This document shows positions 54,854 to 63,943 of a DNA stretch of 64,000 nucleotides, piece by piece (within the stretch, counting starts at the first letter, position 1; every line of letters begins with the position of its first letter). Location of the stretch: assembly GCA_963728205.1 (NCBI GenBank), contig CAVSIV010000006.1, positions 1,088,001 to 1,152,000 of the forward strand. The letters are read 5' to 3'. The translations under genes were made by a program, and so were the position numbers. This DNA is from an uncultured Chloroflexia bacterium. GTDB lineage: Bacteria; Chloroflexota; Dehalococcoidia; UBA2979. The notes beneath the pieces were generated by a model that was given only the letters and a program-made list of their open reading frames with translations, did not search any database and had not been told where the DNA came from.

Positions 54854-56191
54854 ATGGTCTCGAGTCCCGACGAGGCACCGCGTCCGCGCGTCGTGATCAC
54901 CGGCGCAGGGGTCGTCTGCGCGCTCGGCCGCACGCCCGCCGCGGTGTGGGACGCGGTCGAGGCCGGCCGCTCCGGCGTCGGCCCGCTCACCCGCTTCGAC
55001 GCCTCGGGCTTCGCGACGCGCATCGCCGCGGAGGTGCCCGACGCGGACGCGCCCGACCGCCGCTTCGACGACGCGTACTGGAACCGGCTCGACCTGCGCT
55101 CGCGCTTCGCCGTGAGCGCAACGCTCGACGCGATGCGCCGCGCGGGCCTCGCGCTCACGCCCGAGAACCGCGCGCAGGTCGCGGTGGTGATGGCGTCGGA
55201 GCGGCCGGACGAGCCGTCGCTGCAGGCAGGCGCCGCGCTGCTGGCCGACGGCGATCTCGTCGGCGCAGCCGCGACACTCGCGGAGACGGCGCGGGCACAC
55301 GCGCCCGCCGAGCGCGTCGCCGCCCTGGTGGGCGCGACGGGGCCGGCGATCCAGGTGGCGAACGGCGGCGCCGGCGGCCTCGACGCGATCATCGAGGCGG
55401 CGGCGCTGATCCGCAGCGGCGAGGCGCTCGTCGCGATCGCCGGCGGGGCGGAGGCGCCGCTCACGCCGCTCACGTTCGCCGCGTACCAGGGCGCGGGGCT
55501 GCTCTCGACGCGCAACGACGATCCCGAGGCGGCCTCGCGGCCGCTGGACGCCGCGCGGGACGGTGTCGTGCTCGGCGAGGGCGCTGCGGTCATCGTGCTC
55601 GAGTTGCTCGAGGTCGCCGTCGCGCGCGGAGCGACGATCCTCGCGGAGATCGAGGGCGAGGGGCGCAGCTTCTCGGCGGGCGCCGGCGGAGAGCCCGGCC
55701 TCGACGCCACCGCGATCGGCCACGCGATCCAGCGCACGCTCATCTCCAGCGGGCGCATCCAGGCCGCGGTCGACGTCCTCGCGCTGCACGCCGACGGCGG
55801 CGTCGCGAGTGATCGCGCGGAGGCGCTCGGCGTGCGTCGCGTGTTCGGCGCCGCGACCCGCCACCACATGTACACGCCGGCGCTGAAGTCCTACACCGGC
55901 CACCTGCTCGGCGCGTCGGGGCCGCTCTCCGTCGTGATCATGCTGGAGGCGCTGCGCCGCCAGCTCATCCCCGGGACGCGCAACCTCGTCGCCGAGGACC
56001 CGGAGGTCGACCTCGATGCGAACCCGCGCGGCGTGCGCGCGGACAACGTGCGTGTCGTCGGCGTGAACGCGATCGGCCGCGCGCACGCCGCCAGCCTGCT
56101 GCTCGCGCACCCGCTCGCGATGCGCGCGCTGCCCGAGGTCGCCGAGCCGGACGTGCTGCCGCCTCCGCCGACGGGCACCGAACTGCCCTAG
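54854..56191 (+). CDS. FabF-like ketosynthase lacking the catalytic Cys
   Basis: RVVITG, ASRPLD...RDG..LGEGA and KSYTGHLLGA; the TAC motif reads NGG. Confidence 0.85.
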   Translation: MVSSPDEAPRPRVVITGAGVVCALGRTPAAVWDAVEAGRSGVGPLTRFDASGFATRIAAEVPDADAPDRRFDDAYWNRLDLRSRFAVSATLDAMRRAGLALTPENRAQVAVVMASERPDEPSLQAGAALLADGDLVGAAATLAETARAHAPAERVAALVGATGPAIQVANGGAGGLDAIIEAAALIRSGEALVAIAGGAEAPLTPLTFAAYQGAGLLSTRNDDPEAASRPLDAARDGVVLGEGAAVIVLELLEVAVARGATILAEIEGEGRSFSAGAGGEPGLDATAIGHAIQRTLISSGRIQAAVDVLALHADGGVASDRAEALGVRRVFGAATRHHMYTPALKSYTGHLLGASGPLSVVIMLEALRRQLIPGTRNLVAEDPEVDLDANPRGVRADNVRVVGVNAIGRAHAASLLLAHPLAMRALPEVAEPDVLPPPPTGTELP

Positions 56192-56294
56192 GGCTCGCTC
56201 GCCGAGCGTTCCCGGTTCGGTTCGCGCTGGTCTCTAGCCGTCCCCCGCCGGTACGATCCGCGCGGATTCTCCCCGCACAACCTTCGGAGGCCCC

Positions 56295-56939
56295 TTGGAC
56301 ATCACCTGGCTCGGCCATGCCGCCATTCGCATGCGCGCACGCGACGCGGCGGTGGTGATGGACCCGACGGACAGGTCGGCGGGCAACGACATGGGCCGGC
56401 CGCCCGGCGAGATCGTGACGATCAGCCACGACCACCCGCACCACAACCACGTCGCCGGCGTGAAAGGCGACGTGATGGTGATCGACGGCCCCGGCGAGTA
56501 CGAGATCAGCGGCATCCACATCGAGGCGCTGCGGTCGTCGCTGCGCCCCGTGGAGGGCGAGGATCCTGCGGCGCTCCGCAGCACGATCTTCATCTTCGAG
56601 ACGGAGGAGCTGCGACTCGCACATGTCGGCGGGCTCGGGGTCGCGCCCACGTCGCAGCTGGCGGAGCATCTCTCCGACCTCGACGTGCTCTTCATCTCGG
56701 TGGACTGCCCCGAGGCTCAGCCGGCCGACCAGGCGGCGCGCACCACGCACGCGCTCGAGCCGCGCATCGTGATTCCGGTGGGCTACGACCCGCCCGCGAG
56801 CGGCACGGCGCCGGCGCTGCAGGCGTTCGTGCAGGCGCTCGGCCTCACGCCCGAAGAGGCGGTCTCGCGGCTGACGCTGAACCGCCGCGCGGTGGGCGGG
56901 GACTCGACCCGCATCCTGCTGCTGGAGTCGCGCGGCTAA
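56295..56939 (+). CDS. metallo-beta-lactamase fold protein (Lactamase_B_3-like)
   Basis: ITWLGHA, MDP, SHDHPHH, PGEYEISG and IVIP. Confidence 0.85.
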   Translation: MDITWLGHAAIRMRARDAAVVMDPTDRSAGNDMGRPPGEIVTISHDHPHHNHVAGVKGDVMVIDGPGEYEISGIHIEALRSSLRPVEGEDPAALRSTIFIFETEELRLAHVGGLGVAPTSQLAEHLSDLDVLFISVDCPEAQPADQAARTTHALEPRIVIPVGYDPPASGTAPALQAFVQALGLTPEEAVSRLTLNRRAVGGDSTRILLLESRG

Positions 56940-56973
56940 CGGCCCGGCGGACGACGCGGCGCGCTCATGACGA

Positions 56974-57007
56974 GAACGCCCCGGGGACCGCAGTCCCCGG
57001 GGCGTTC
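56974..57007. terminator. bidirectional terminator hairpin
   Basis: GAACGCCCCGGGGAC-CGCA-GTCCCCGGGGCGTTC between convergent genes. Confidence 0.8.
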
Positions 57008-57037
57008 GCTCGTCCGGCCCTCTGGCACCGCGGACGG

Positions 57038-58231
57038 TCAGGGTAAGAAGCCGGGACCCATCGGGTTCTGAATCACGCCATTACGCGTGATCTCGAAGTG
57101 GAGGTGCGGTCCGGTCGCGTGGCCGGTCTCGCCGATCGCACCCAGCAGGTCACCGGCGCTGACATGTTGGCCGGGGACGACGTTCATGCTCGAGAAGTGC
57201 GCGTACGTCGTCTCGTAGCCGTCCCCGTGATCGATGATGACGTGGTAGCCGTAGGAACAGCAGGGATTGCCGCCCGCGAACACGACGGTCCCGGCGCGCG
57301 CAGCCACCACCGGCGCGCCCCACGGCGCCCCGACGTCGATGCCGAGCGGGTGGGACGGGCCGAAGTACGAGGTGATGGGGCCGGAGGCCGGCCACACCCA
57401 GCTATCGGTTGCGGCCGGGGCCGCGACTCCCGGGGTGGGCCGCAGCGAGGGGGCCACCGCCGGCAGCTTCTTGCCACCGGGCACCAGGATCAGCGAGTCC
57501 GAGTGCAGGCTGTTCGGGTCGTCCTGGAGGCCGTTGGCGGCGAACTCAACGATGTCGCGCGGGTCGGCACCGTAGCGCGTGGCGATCTCGGAGACGGTCT
57601 CGCCGTACCGCACGGAGTGGATGATGCCCTCCACCGAGGGGATCTGCAGCGTCGTCCCGACGGTGAGCACGTCGCGATCGCTGATGTCGTTGTTGTTCCA
57701 GAGGATGTAGTCGGGCGCGATGTGGTAGCGCGTGGCGATCGCACCGACCGTGTCACCCTCCTGCACCTGGTACTCGAAGAAGATCGGCATGCGCTCTGCG
57801 CGCGCCGCCGTCACGGTGCCGGATCCGTCGGAGACGGTGGCCGCGCGCTGCTGATCCGCGAGCACGGCCACAGACTGAGCGGTGCCGTTCTCCGCGCTGA
57901 CGACCTGGTCCTGCACGGTCGCGGGCGCCGTCACCGTGAGCGGCAGCGGCGATGCGCCAATCTCGCCGGGCGTCGCCGCCGCGCCGGCCGCGCTGGCGAG
58001 GCCGGGAAGGGAGACGGCGCTGGCGAGAAGCGTGGGCTGCGGAGTCGTGCTCGTGACGGTCACCGGGAAGCGGCCGAGCAAAACGATCGAGCAGAGGATG
58101 ACGGCGATGACTCCGAAGTGTGCGAGTGGACGGTGAAGCAGCCGCCCGCCGGTCGCCGGTTGGCGGCGAGCCCGGTCCAGACGTCGGCTGCGACGCGGAC
58201 GTCGAGAGGGTGGGGTAACCGTTCCCTGGAT
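57038..58231 (-). CDS. two LysM domains plus M23 peptidase with N-terminal anchor; start uncertain (first canonical start 58081, proposed ATC 58231)
   Basis: YQVQEGDT, HSVRYGET, HPLGID, YGYHVIIDHG and TGPHLHFE. Confidence 0.88.
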   Translation of the reverse strand: MQGTVTPPSRRPRRSRRLDRARRQPATGGRLLHRPLAHFGVIAVILCSIVLLGRFPVTVTSTTPQPTLLASAVSLPGLASAAGAAATPGEIGASPLPLTVTAPATVQDQVVSAENGTAQSVAVLADQQRAATVSDGSGTVTAARAERMPIFFEYQVQEGDTVGAIATRYHIAPDYILWNNNDISDRDVLTVGTTLQIPSVEGIIHSVRYGETVSEIATRYGADPRDIVEFAANGLQDDPNSLHSDSLILVPGGKKLPAVAPSLRPTPGVAAPAATDSWVWPASGPITSYFGPSHPLGIDVGAPWGAPVVAARAGTVVFAGGNPCCSYGYHVIIDHGDGYETTYAHFSSMNVVPGQHVSAGDLLGAIGETGHATGPHLHFEITRNGVIQNPMGPGFLP

Positions 58232-58445
58232 AGAGCGTCCCTGCCTACCAGGCCCCGTGGGACCATCCCCGCCGTGGACGGTGCCCGCGGGGAGCCGACC
58301 CCGCGAACCTTCCAGAATCCTATCATCGGCGCCGGATAGCGTGAGGAGTAGGGAGACTACTTATCCAAAAGACGTACGGATTATCAACATGCGCATACAG
58401 GTTATGCGCATCCCTGGCGGCGACTGTCGGGGGAGAATCGATTGC

Positions 58446-58478
58446 GATCGGGATGATCGCTCACGGATCATCCCGATC
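58446..58478 (-). terminator. hairpin downstream of rho
   Basis: GATCGGGATGATC-7 nt-GATCATCCCGATC. Confidence 0.65.
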
Positions 58479-58483
58479 TCTCG

Positions 58484-59935
58484 CTATATCACCTCGGTCT
58501 TGAGGGTGGAGAGGAATTCGCCGTTCGTCTTGGTCTTGATCAGACGCTCGATCACACGCTCCGTGGCGTCGGAGCCGTCGTCTTCCATCATCGAAGCCAT
58601 GCGGCGGAGCAGCCAGATCTGGCGCAGCTCCTCCTCGCCGAAGAGCAGATCCTCGCGGCGGGTCGACGAGCCGAGGACGTCGATCGCGGGGAAGACGCGC
58701 TTCTCCGCGAGGCGCCGGACGAGCCGGAGTTCCATGTTCCCGGTGCCCTTGAACTCCTCGAAGATGACGTCGTCCATGCGCGACCCGGTCTCGATGAGGC
58801 AGGTGGCGATGATGGTCAGCGAGCCGCCCTCCTCGGTGTTGCGGGCCGAGCCGAAGAAGCGCTTCGGCGGGTAGAGGGCGATCGGGTCCATACCGCCGGA
58901 GAGCGTGCGGCCGCTTGTCGGCATCGCCGTGTTGTAGGCGCGCGACAGGCGGGTGATCGAGTCCATCAGGATCACGACGTCGACGCCGCCCTCGACGAGG
59001 CGCTTGGCCCGCTCGAGCGCGGCCTCGGTCACGCGCGTGTGGTCTTCGACGGGCTCGTCGAAGGTCGACGCGATCACCTCGCCGCGCACGGACCGCTTCA
59101 TGTCCGTGACTTCCTCCGGCCGCTCGCCGATGAGGAGGATCATGAGGTGGATATCGGGGTAGTTCTGAGCGATGCCGTGCGCCATCGACTTCAGCAGCAT
59201 CGTCTTGCCGGCCTTCGGCGGCGAGACGATCAGGCCGCGTTGGCCGCGTCCGACGGGCGCGAACATGTCGACCATGCGCTGCGAGACCTCGGCCTGCGTG
59301 GTCTCGAGGCGGAGCATCTTGTTCGGGAAGATCGGCGTGAGGCTCTCGAAGTCCGGGCGGCGCTTCGCGTCCTCGGGGTCCATGCCGTTGACCGTGTCGA
59401 CGCGGAGGAGGCCGTAGTACTTCTCGGACTCCTTCGGCTGGCGGACCTGGCCGGTGACGTAGTCCCCCGAGCGGAGGCCGAAGCGGCGGATCTGGGACTG
59501 CGAGACGTAGACGTCGTTCGCGCCCGGCAGCAGCCGCTCGCCGCGCAGGAAGCCGAAGCCATCATCGACGATCGTGAGCACGCCACCGGAGTAGATGGTG
59601 CCGTTGCGCTCGGCCTGCCGCTGCAGCACGCGGAAGATCAGCTCCTGCTTGGGCAGCGCGGCGGCGTTGTCAACGACCATCTCGTCGGCGAACTCGATCA
59701 GCTGCTCGCGCGGCCACTGCTCGAGGTCGGAGATGTTGACCGCGGGCACGCTGGGGTCGATGCGCTGCTCTTGCAGCTGCGAGTCGCGCAGCTCGCGGGC
59801 TTCGCGGTCACGGAGATTCCCGTTGCCGCCGCCCCCGCCGCCACTGCTGCGCCCGGGGCGGCGCCCACGGCGACGCGGCTCGCTGGATGCGTCTGCAGGC
59901 ACACCGTCGCGCCCGCGTGGTGAGGTACTCGTCAT
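58484..59935 (-). CDS. rho: transcription termination factor Rho
   Basis: GFGFLR, DVYVS, PPKAGKT, MDSITRL and FKGTGNME. Confidence 0.98.
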   Translation of the reverse strand: MTSTSPRGRDGVPADASSEPRRRGRRPGRSSGGGGGGNGNLRDREARELRDSQLQEQRIDPSVPAVNISDLEQWPREQLIEFADEMVVDNAAALPKQELIFRVLQRQAERNGTIYSGGVLTIVDDGFGFLRGERLLPGANDVYVSQSQIRRFGLRSGDYVTGQVRQPKESEKYYGLLRVDTVNGMDPEDAKRRPDFESLTPIFPNKMLRLETTQAEVSQRMVDMFAPVGRGQRGLIVSPPKAGKTMLLKSMAHGIAQNYPDIHLMILLIGERPEEVTDMKRSVRGEVIASTFDEPVEDHTRVTEAALERAKRLVEGGVDVVILMDSITRLSRAYNTAMPTSGRTLSGGMDPIALYPPKRFFGSARNTEEGGSLTIIATCLIETGSRMDDVIFEEFKGTGNMELRLVRRLAEKRVFPAIDVLGSSTRREDLLFGEEELRQIWLLRRMASMMEDDGSDATERVIERLIKTKTNGEFLSTLKTEVI

Positions 59936-60105
59936 GAGATAGGTAAAACCTTGCGCCTGTGGAGGCTGTGAAGGGTGTGCCATCGGATGGTGGCCCACTC
60001 ATGCTAGCGAATCTGGCCCCTTGCGCACAAGGGGGCGCAGATTCGCGGCGAAGCCGGCACGCCGCCCCCTGCACGCGCGCCCGCCCGCACTGATCTTCGA
60101 CCTCG

Positions 60106-60753
60106 TTACACGGGGGAGTACTTCTTCGCGTCGGCAAGAAAGCGCTCGATGCCGACATCCGTCAGCGGATGATGGACCATCTGGAACAGCACCGACGCGG
60201 GGACGGTCGCGATGTGCGAGCCGGCCAGCGCTGCCTCCGTGACGTCGCGCGTGCCGCGGATGCTCGCCGCCAGCACCTGGGTCGGGAGGTGGTAGGCCTC
60301 GAAGATCGTCACGATCTCGCGGATCACCTCCATGCCGTCGTGCCCCGCGTCCTGCAGGCGGCCGATGAACGGCGAGACGAACGTCGCCCCCGCCGTGGCC
60401 GCGAGCAGCGCCTGGTTCGCGGAGAAGATCAGCGTCGTGTTCACGCGGATGCCCTCGGCGCTGACGCGCTTGATCGCCTGGAGCCCGACCTCGCTCATCG
60501 CGATCTTCACGACGACGTTCGGGTGCCACGACGCGATGCGACGCGCCTCCTCAACGAGCGCGTCGATCTCGGTCGAGATGCACTCCGCGGAGATCGGCCC
60601 GTCCACGACGTCGCAGATCTCGAGCACGCGGTCGCGATACGGCACGCCCTCCTTCGCCACGAGGCTGGGGTTGGTGGTGACGCCGTCGACGACGCCCATC
60701 GCGGCGCCACGCCGGATGTCGTCGATGTTGGCGGTGTCGAGGAACAGTCGCAT
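60106..60753 (-). CDS. tal: transaldolase / fructose-6-phosphate aldolase family
   Basis: FLDTAN, GVTTNPSL, VVKI, VSPFIGR and LAASIR. Confidence 0.92.
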   Translation of the reverse strand: MRLFLDTANIDDIRRGAAMGVVDGVTTNPSLVAKEGVPYRDRVLEICDVVDGPISAECISTEIDALVEEARRIASWHPNVVVKIAMSEVGLQAIKRVSAEGIRVNTTLIFSANQALLAATAGATFVSPFIGRLQDAGHDGMEVIREIVTIFEAYHLPTQVLAASIRGTRDVTEAALAGSHIATVPASVLFQMVHHPLTDVGIERFLADAKKYSPV

Positions 60754-60838
60754 CGCGTCCTCCTCCGTCTGCGATGGCGCCGGGGGTCCGGCTCGAATCA
60801 GGGTGTGCCGCGGCGGGCGATCCGCAGCCCGGCGCGCG

Positions 60839-61306
60839 TCAGAAGGGCTTGAAGACCGGGAGCCAGACCATGATCGGGATGGTCAACGCGATCAGCGTAC
60901 CGAAGACGATCGGCACGTTGTCGGCCAGCACGTCGCGCAGCTCCGGCGTCACAGCCCCGCGCTTGCGCGCCTGCAGGGCAACGACGCGCACCCGCCGCAG
61001 CCCGACGCCCATCAGCGGCAAGAACACGAAGATGTCGATGCCGAGGATCACCTGCAGTGCGACCAGCCATCCGGTCGTCACCACGTTGTAGTTCGCCGAC
61101 GCCGCCCACGCATAGCCCGAGAACACCGTCGCGATCATGCCGGGCAGCAGCCAGGTCGTCTCGTTCTGCTGCGCCTCGACGAGCATCAGGGCTTTGTCGT
61201 CGATCTCGCTCGTGAACCACGCGCGCCAGATCGGCACGACGGTGTTCCCGATCCCGGCCATCAGCCAGAACAGCGCGAGGATGTGCAGGAAGCGCCAGAA
61301 GCTCAC
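60839..61306 (-). CDS. four-TM membrane protein (DUF2269-like)
   Basis: FLHILALF start and VFKPF end; GTGA overlap with pyrG. Confidence 0.7.
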   Translation of the reverse strand: MSFWRFLHILALFWLMAGIGNTVVPIWRAWFTSEIDDKALMLVEAQQNETTWLLPGMIATVFSGYAWAASANYNVVTTGWLVALQVILGIDIFVFLPLMGVGLRRVRVVALQARKRGAVTPELRDVLADNVPIVFGTLIALTIPIMVWLPVFKPF

Positions 61307-62979
61307 GCCCCGCCGGCCCCCGTCGGGGCCACCGCTTCGTGCCGCGCGACGGTGCCGTCCTCGCCGCGCCCGGCCGCGTCCGCGTGGGCCACGGCGGCGC
61401 CGACGAAGTCGCGGAACAGCGGGTTCGGCCGGTTGGGGCGACTCGTGAATTCCGGGTGGAACTGCGCGCCGACCATCCACGGGTGATCGCGCAGCTCGAC
61501 GATCTCGACGAGCTGCCCGTCGGCGGTGCGGCCGGCGACCACGAGCCCGTGCTGCTCGAGCTGCGCGACGAACTCGTTGTTCACCTCGTAGCGGTGGCGG
61601 TGACGCTCGCGCACCATCTCGGCGCCGCCGTAGGCGGCCGCAGCACGGGTGCCCGGCGTGAGGCGACAGTCGTAGCCGCCGAGGCGCATGGTGCCGCCCA
61701 GGTCGTGCACCTCTCGCTGCTCGGAGAGCAGCGAGATCACGGGGAACGGCGTGCGCGGGTCGGCTTCCGTTGTGTTCGCCGCCGGCATCTCGGCGACGTG
61801 GCGCGCAAACTCGACGACGAGCATCTGGAGCCCGAGACAGTCGCCCAGGTAGGGGATCCCGCCTTCGCGCGCGTAGCGCACGGCGCTGATCTTCCCCTCC
61901 AGGCCGCGGTCGCCGAAGCCGGGGCACAGCAGGATGCCGTCGACGTCGCCGATCACCTCTTCCGGCGAGCGGCGCTCGAGCTCCTCCGAGTGCACCCAGT
62001 GCAGGTCGAGCGCGGCGGAGTGGTGCACACCGGCGTGCACCAGCGCCTCTTTGATCGACAGGTAGGCGTCGTGCAGCTCGACGTACTTCCCGACCACCGC
62101 GACGCGCGCGAACGTCCGCGGGTTGCGCAGGCGCTCGACGAACGAGCGCCACTCCTCGAGCGACTGCGTCTTCTCGCCGGTGCCGAGGTGGCGCACCACG
62201 AGGTCCCCGAGCCCGGCGGCCTCGAGAATCAGCGGCACCTCGTAGATGGAGTCCGCGGTCTCGAGCGCGATCACCGCCTGCCGCTCGATGTTGCAGAACA
62301 GCGCGATCTTGTCGCGCAGCGCCTCGGCGACGGGGAAGTCCGAGCGCGCGAGGATCACGTCCGGCTGAATCCCGAAGGTGCGCAGCTCGCGCACGGAGTG
62401 CTGCGTGGGCTTCGTCTTCAGCTCGCGCGTCGCGCCGATGTACGGCAGCAACGTCACGTGGATCGACATCGTGTCCTCGCGGCCGGCGGCGTGCCGCATC
62501 TGGCTGATCGCCTCGAGGAACGGCTGGCTCTCGATGTCGCCGACGGTGCCGCCGACCTCGACGACGACGACGTCGGCGCGCAGCGCCTGCCCGGCGAGCC
62601 GGATGCGCCGCTTGATCTCGTTCGTGACGTGCGGGATCGCCTGGATCGTGCCGCCGAGGTAGTCGCCGCGGCGCTCCTTGCGGATCACCTCGTCGTAGAT
62701 CTGGCCGCTCGACGACGAGTTGGCCGCCGTCAGCCCTTCGTCCAGGAAGCGCTCGTAGTGACCGAGGTCGAGGTCGGTCTCGGCACCGTCGTCGGTGACG
62801 AAGACCTCGCCGTGCTGGTACGGCGACATCGTGCCGGGGTCGACGTTGATGTACGGATCGAGCTTGAGGATGGAGACCGCGAGCCCCCGCGACTTGAGGA
62901 TGCGGCCGAGGGAGGCGGTGACGATGCCCTTTCCGACAGAGCTGACGACACCACCGGTCACGAAGATGTACTTGGTCAT
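61303..62979 (-). CDS. pyrG: CTP synthase
   Basis: KYIFVTGGVVSSVGKG, DPYINVDPGTMSP, CLG, RHRHRYE and QFHPEF. Confidence 0.98.
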   Translation of the reverse strand: MTKYIFVTGGVVSSVGKGIVTASLGRILKSRGLAVSILKLDPYINVDPGTMSPYQHGEVFVTDDGAETDLDLGHYERFLDEGLTAANSSSSGQIYDEVIRKERRGDYLGGTIQAIPHVTNEIKRRIRLAGQALRADVVVVEVGGTVGDIESQPFLEAISQMRHAAGREDTMSIHVTLLPYIGATRELKTKPTQHSVRELRTFGIQPDVILARSDFPVAEALRDKIALFCNIERQAVIALETADSIYEVPLILEAAGLGDLVVRHLGTGEKTQSLEEWRSFVERLRNPRTFARVAVVGKYVELHDAYLSIKEALVHAGVHHSAALDLHWVHSEELERRSPEEVIGDVDGILLCPGFGDRGLEGKISAVRYAREGGIPYLGDCLGLQMLVVEFARHVAEMPAANTTEADPRTPFPVISLLSEQREVHDLGGTMRLGGYDCRLTPGTRAAAAYGGAEMVRERHRHRYEVNNEFVAQLEQHGLVVAGRTADGQLVEIVELRDHPWMVGAQFHPEFTSRPNRPNPLFRDFVGAAVAHADAAGRGEDGTVARHEAVAPTGAGGA

Positions 62980-63084
62980 AGGGCCTCGGGTGCGGCGGGG
63001 AGGCGCCCGGTTTGGCCCAGTTTCCGTGGTCGCCGAGGGGGTGTCAAACCGCGCCCCCGCGGGACGGCCGGGCGGCTGCCCGCG

Positions 63085-63810
63085 CTACATCCGCTCCTTC
63101 CATCCAACCTTGATCAACCAGGCGTTCGCCGGGTACGCGGTGAAGAATCCGAGGATCATCGCGAGCGCCATGCAGACCCAGTAGGTCGCGGTCGTCTTCG
63201 GGAGGGGATCGGGGAAGATCACCTCCTGGTAGAGCCACATCCCGAAGAAGAGGCCGACCTGGAACGCGAGGATGGACAGCGTGTCGGCCTTGATCGCCGC
63301 CCAGATGCCGCGCAGTGGCGACAGCCCGCGCATCGGGACGATGGCGAAGTACTGGAACGCGATCCCAATGGTCCACGCGGCGACGAAATCCGCCGGGAAG
63401 TCGGCGTAGAGCGCCTTTCCGGCGATCGTCCAGCCGGCCGCGAGCACGAGCCACTCCGCGACGATGTCGCCGAGCGTGCAGCCGCCGCCGCAGTGCGCGA
63501 CGCCCTTCGCGACCTGCCACCAGCGCAGCGGCTCGTCGTCGGAATCGCCGCGGTCTCCCCCGCCCCGCTCCCCCGCGGCCGGCTCCTCGCCGCGGCGCGT
63601 CGCCATGCGACGGCCGTAGCGGAGGTAGAACCAGATCGCCGCGGGTCCCCAGTAGAGAGCATTGATCGGATAGACGGCCTCCATGACGCGCATGCGCTGC
63701 CGGTACCCGCGTCCGTAGATGTCGTAGAGGACGTAGGCGGCAGAGGCGAAGACGATGGCGAGCGCTGCCCACGCCACCGCCTCGAGCCAGCCCGGCGGAT
63801 CGAACTCCAT
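63085..63810 (-). CDS. DUF4396 family membrane protein
   Basis: HCGGGCTLGDI, FQYF, ADTLS, FQVG and GFFTAYPAN. Confidence 0.85.
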   Translation of the reverse strand: MEFDPPGWLEAVAWAALAIVFASAAYVLYDIYGRGYRQRMRVMEAVYPINALYWGPAAIWFYLRYGRRMATRRGEEPAAGERGGGDRGDSDDEPLRWWQVAKGVAHCGGGCTLGDIVAEWLVLAAGWTIAGKALYADFPADFVAAWTIGIAFQYFAIVPMRGLSPLRGIWAAIKADTLSILAFQVGLFFGMWLYQEVIFPDPLPKTTATYWVCMALAMILGFFTAYPANAWLIKVGWKERM

Positions 63811-63915
63811 GGGCCCCTCCCGTGCTCGCTGGGACCCGACCCTCTTCCTCTCAGGCTACGGGACCCTCGCGAGCGCGGGCCGCGCGCATCGGCGAGAGGA
63901 ACGGCCGGACATACC

Positions 63916-63943
63916 ACAGGGCCCCTCCTCGGAGGGGCCCTGT
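63916..63943. terminator. GC-rich hairpin, probable terminator
   Basis: ACAGGGCCCCTC-CTCG-GAGGGGCCCTGT. Confidence 0.55.

Noticed and set aside
58232-58445. c-di-AMP (ydaO) riboswitch ahead of the LysM/M23 gene
   Set aside because: The conserved GCTGAATCC, GGGGTGAAT and CCGTCAGCT elements are not found.
62980-63050. pyrG reiterative-transcription attenuator of the B. subtilis type
   Set aside because: A TTGACA box is present, but the leader is short with no terminator or pyrimidine tract.
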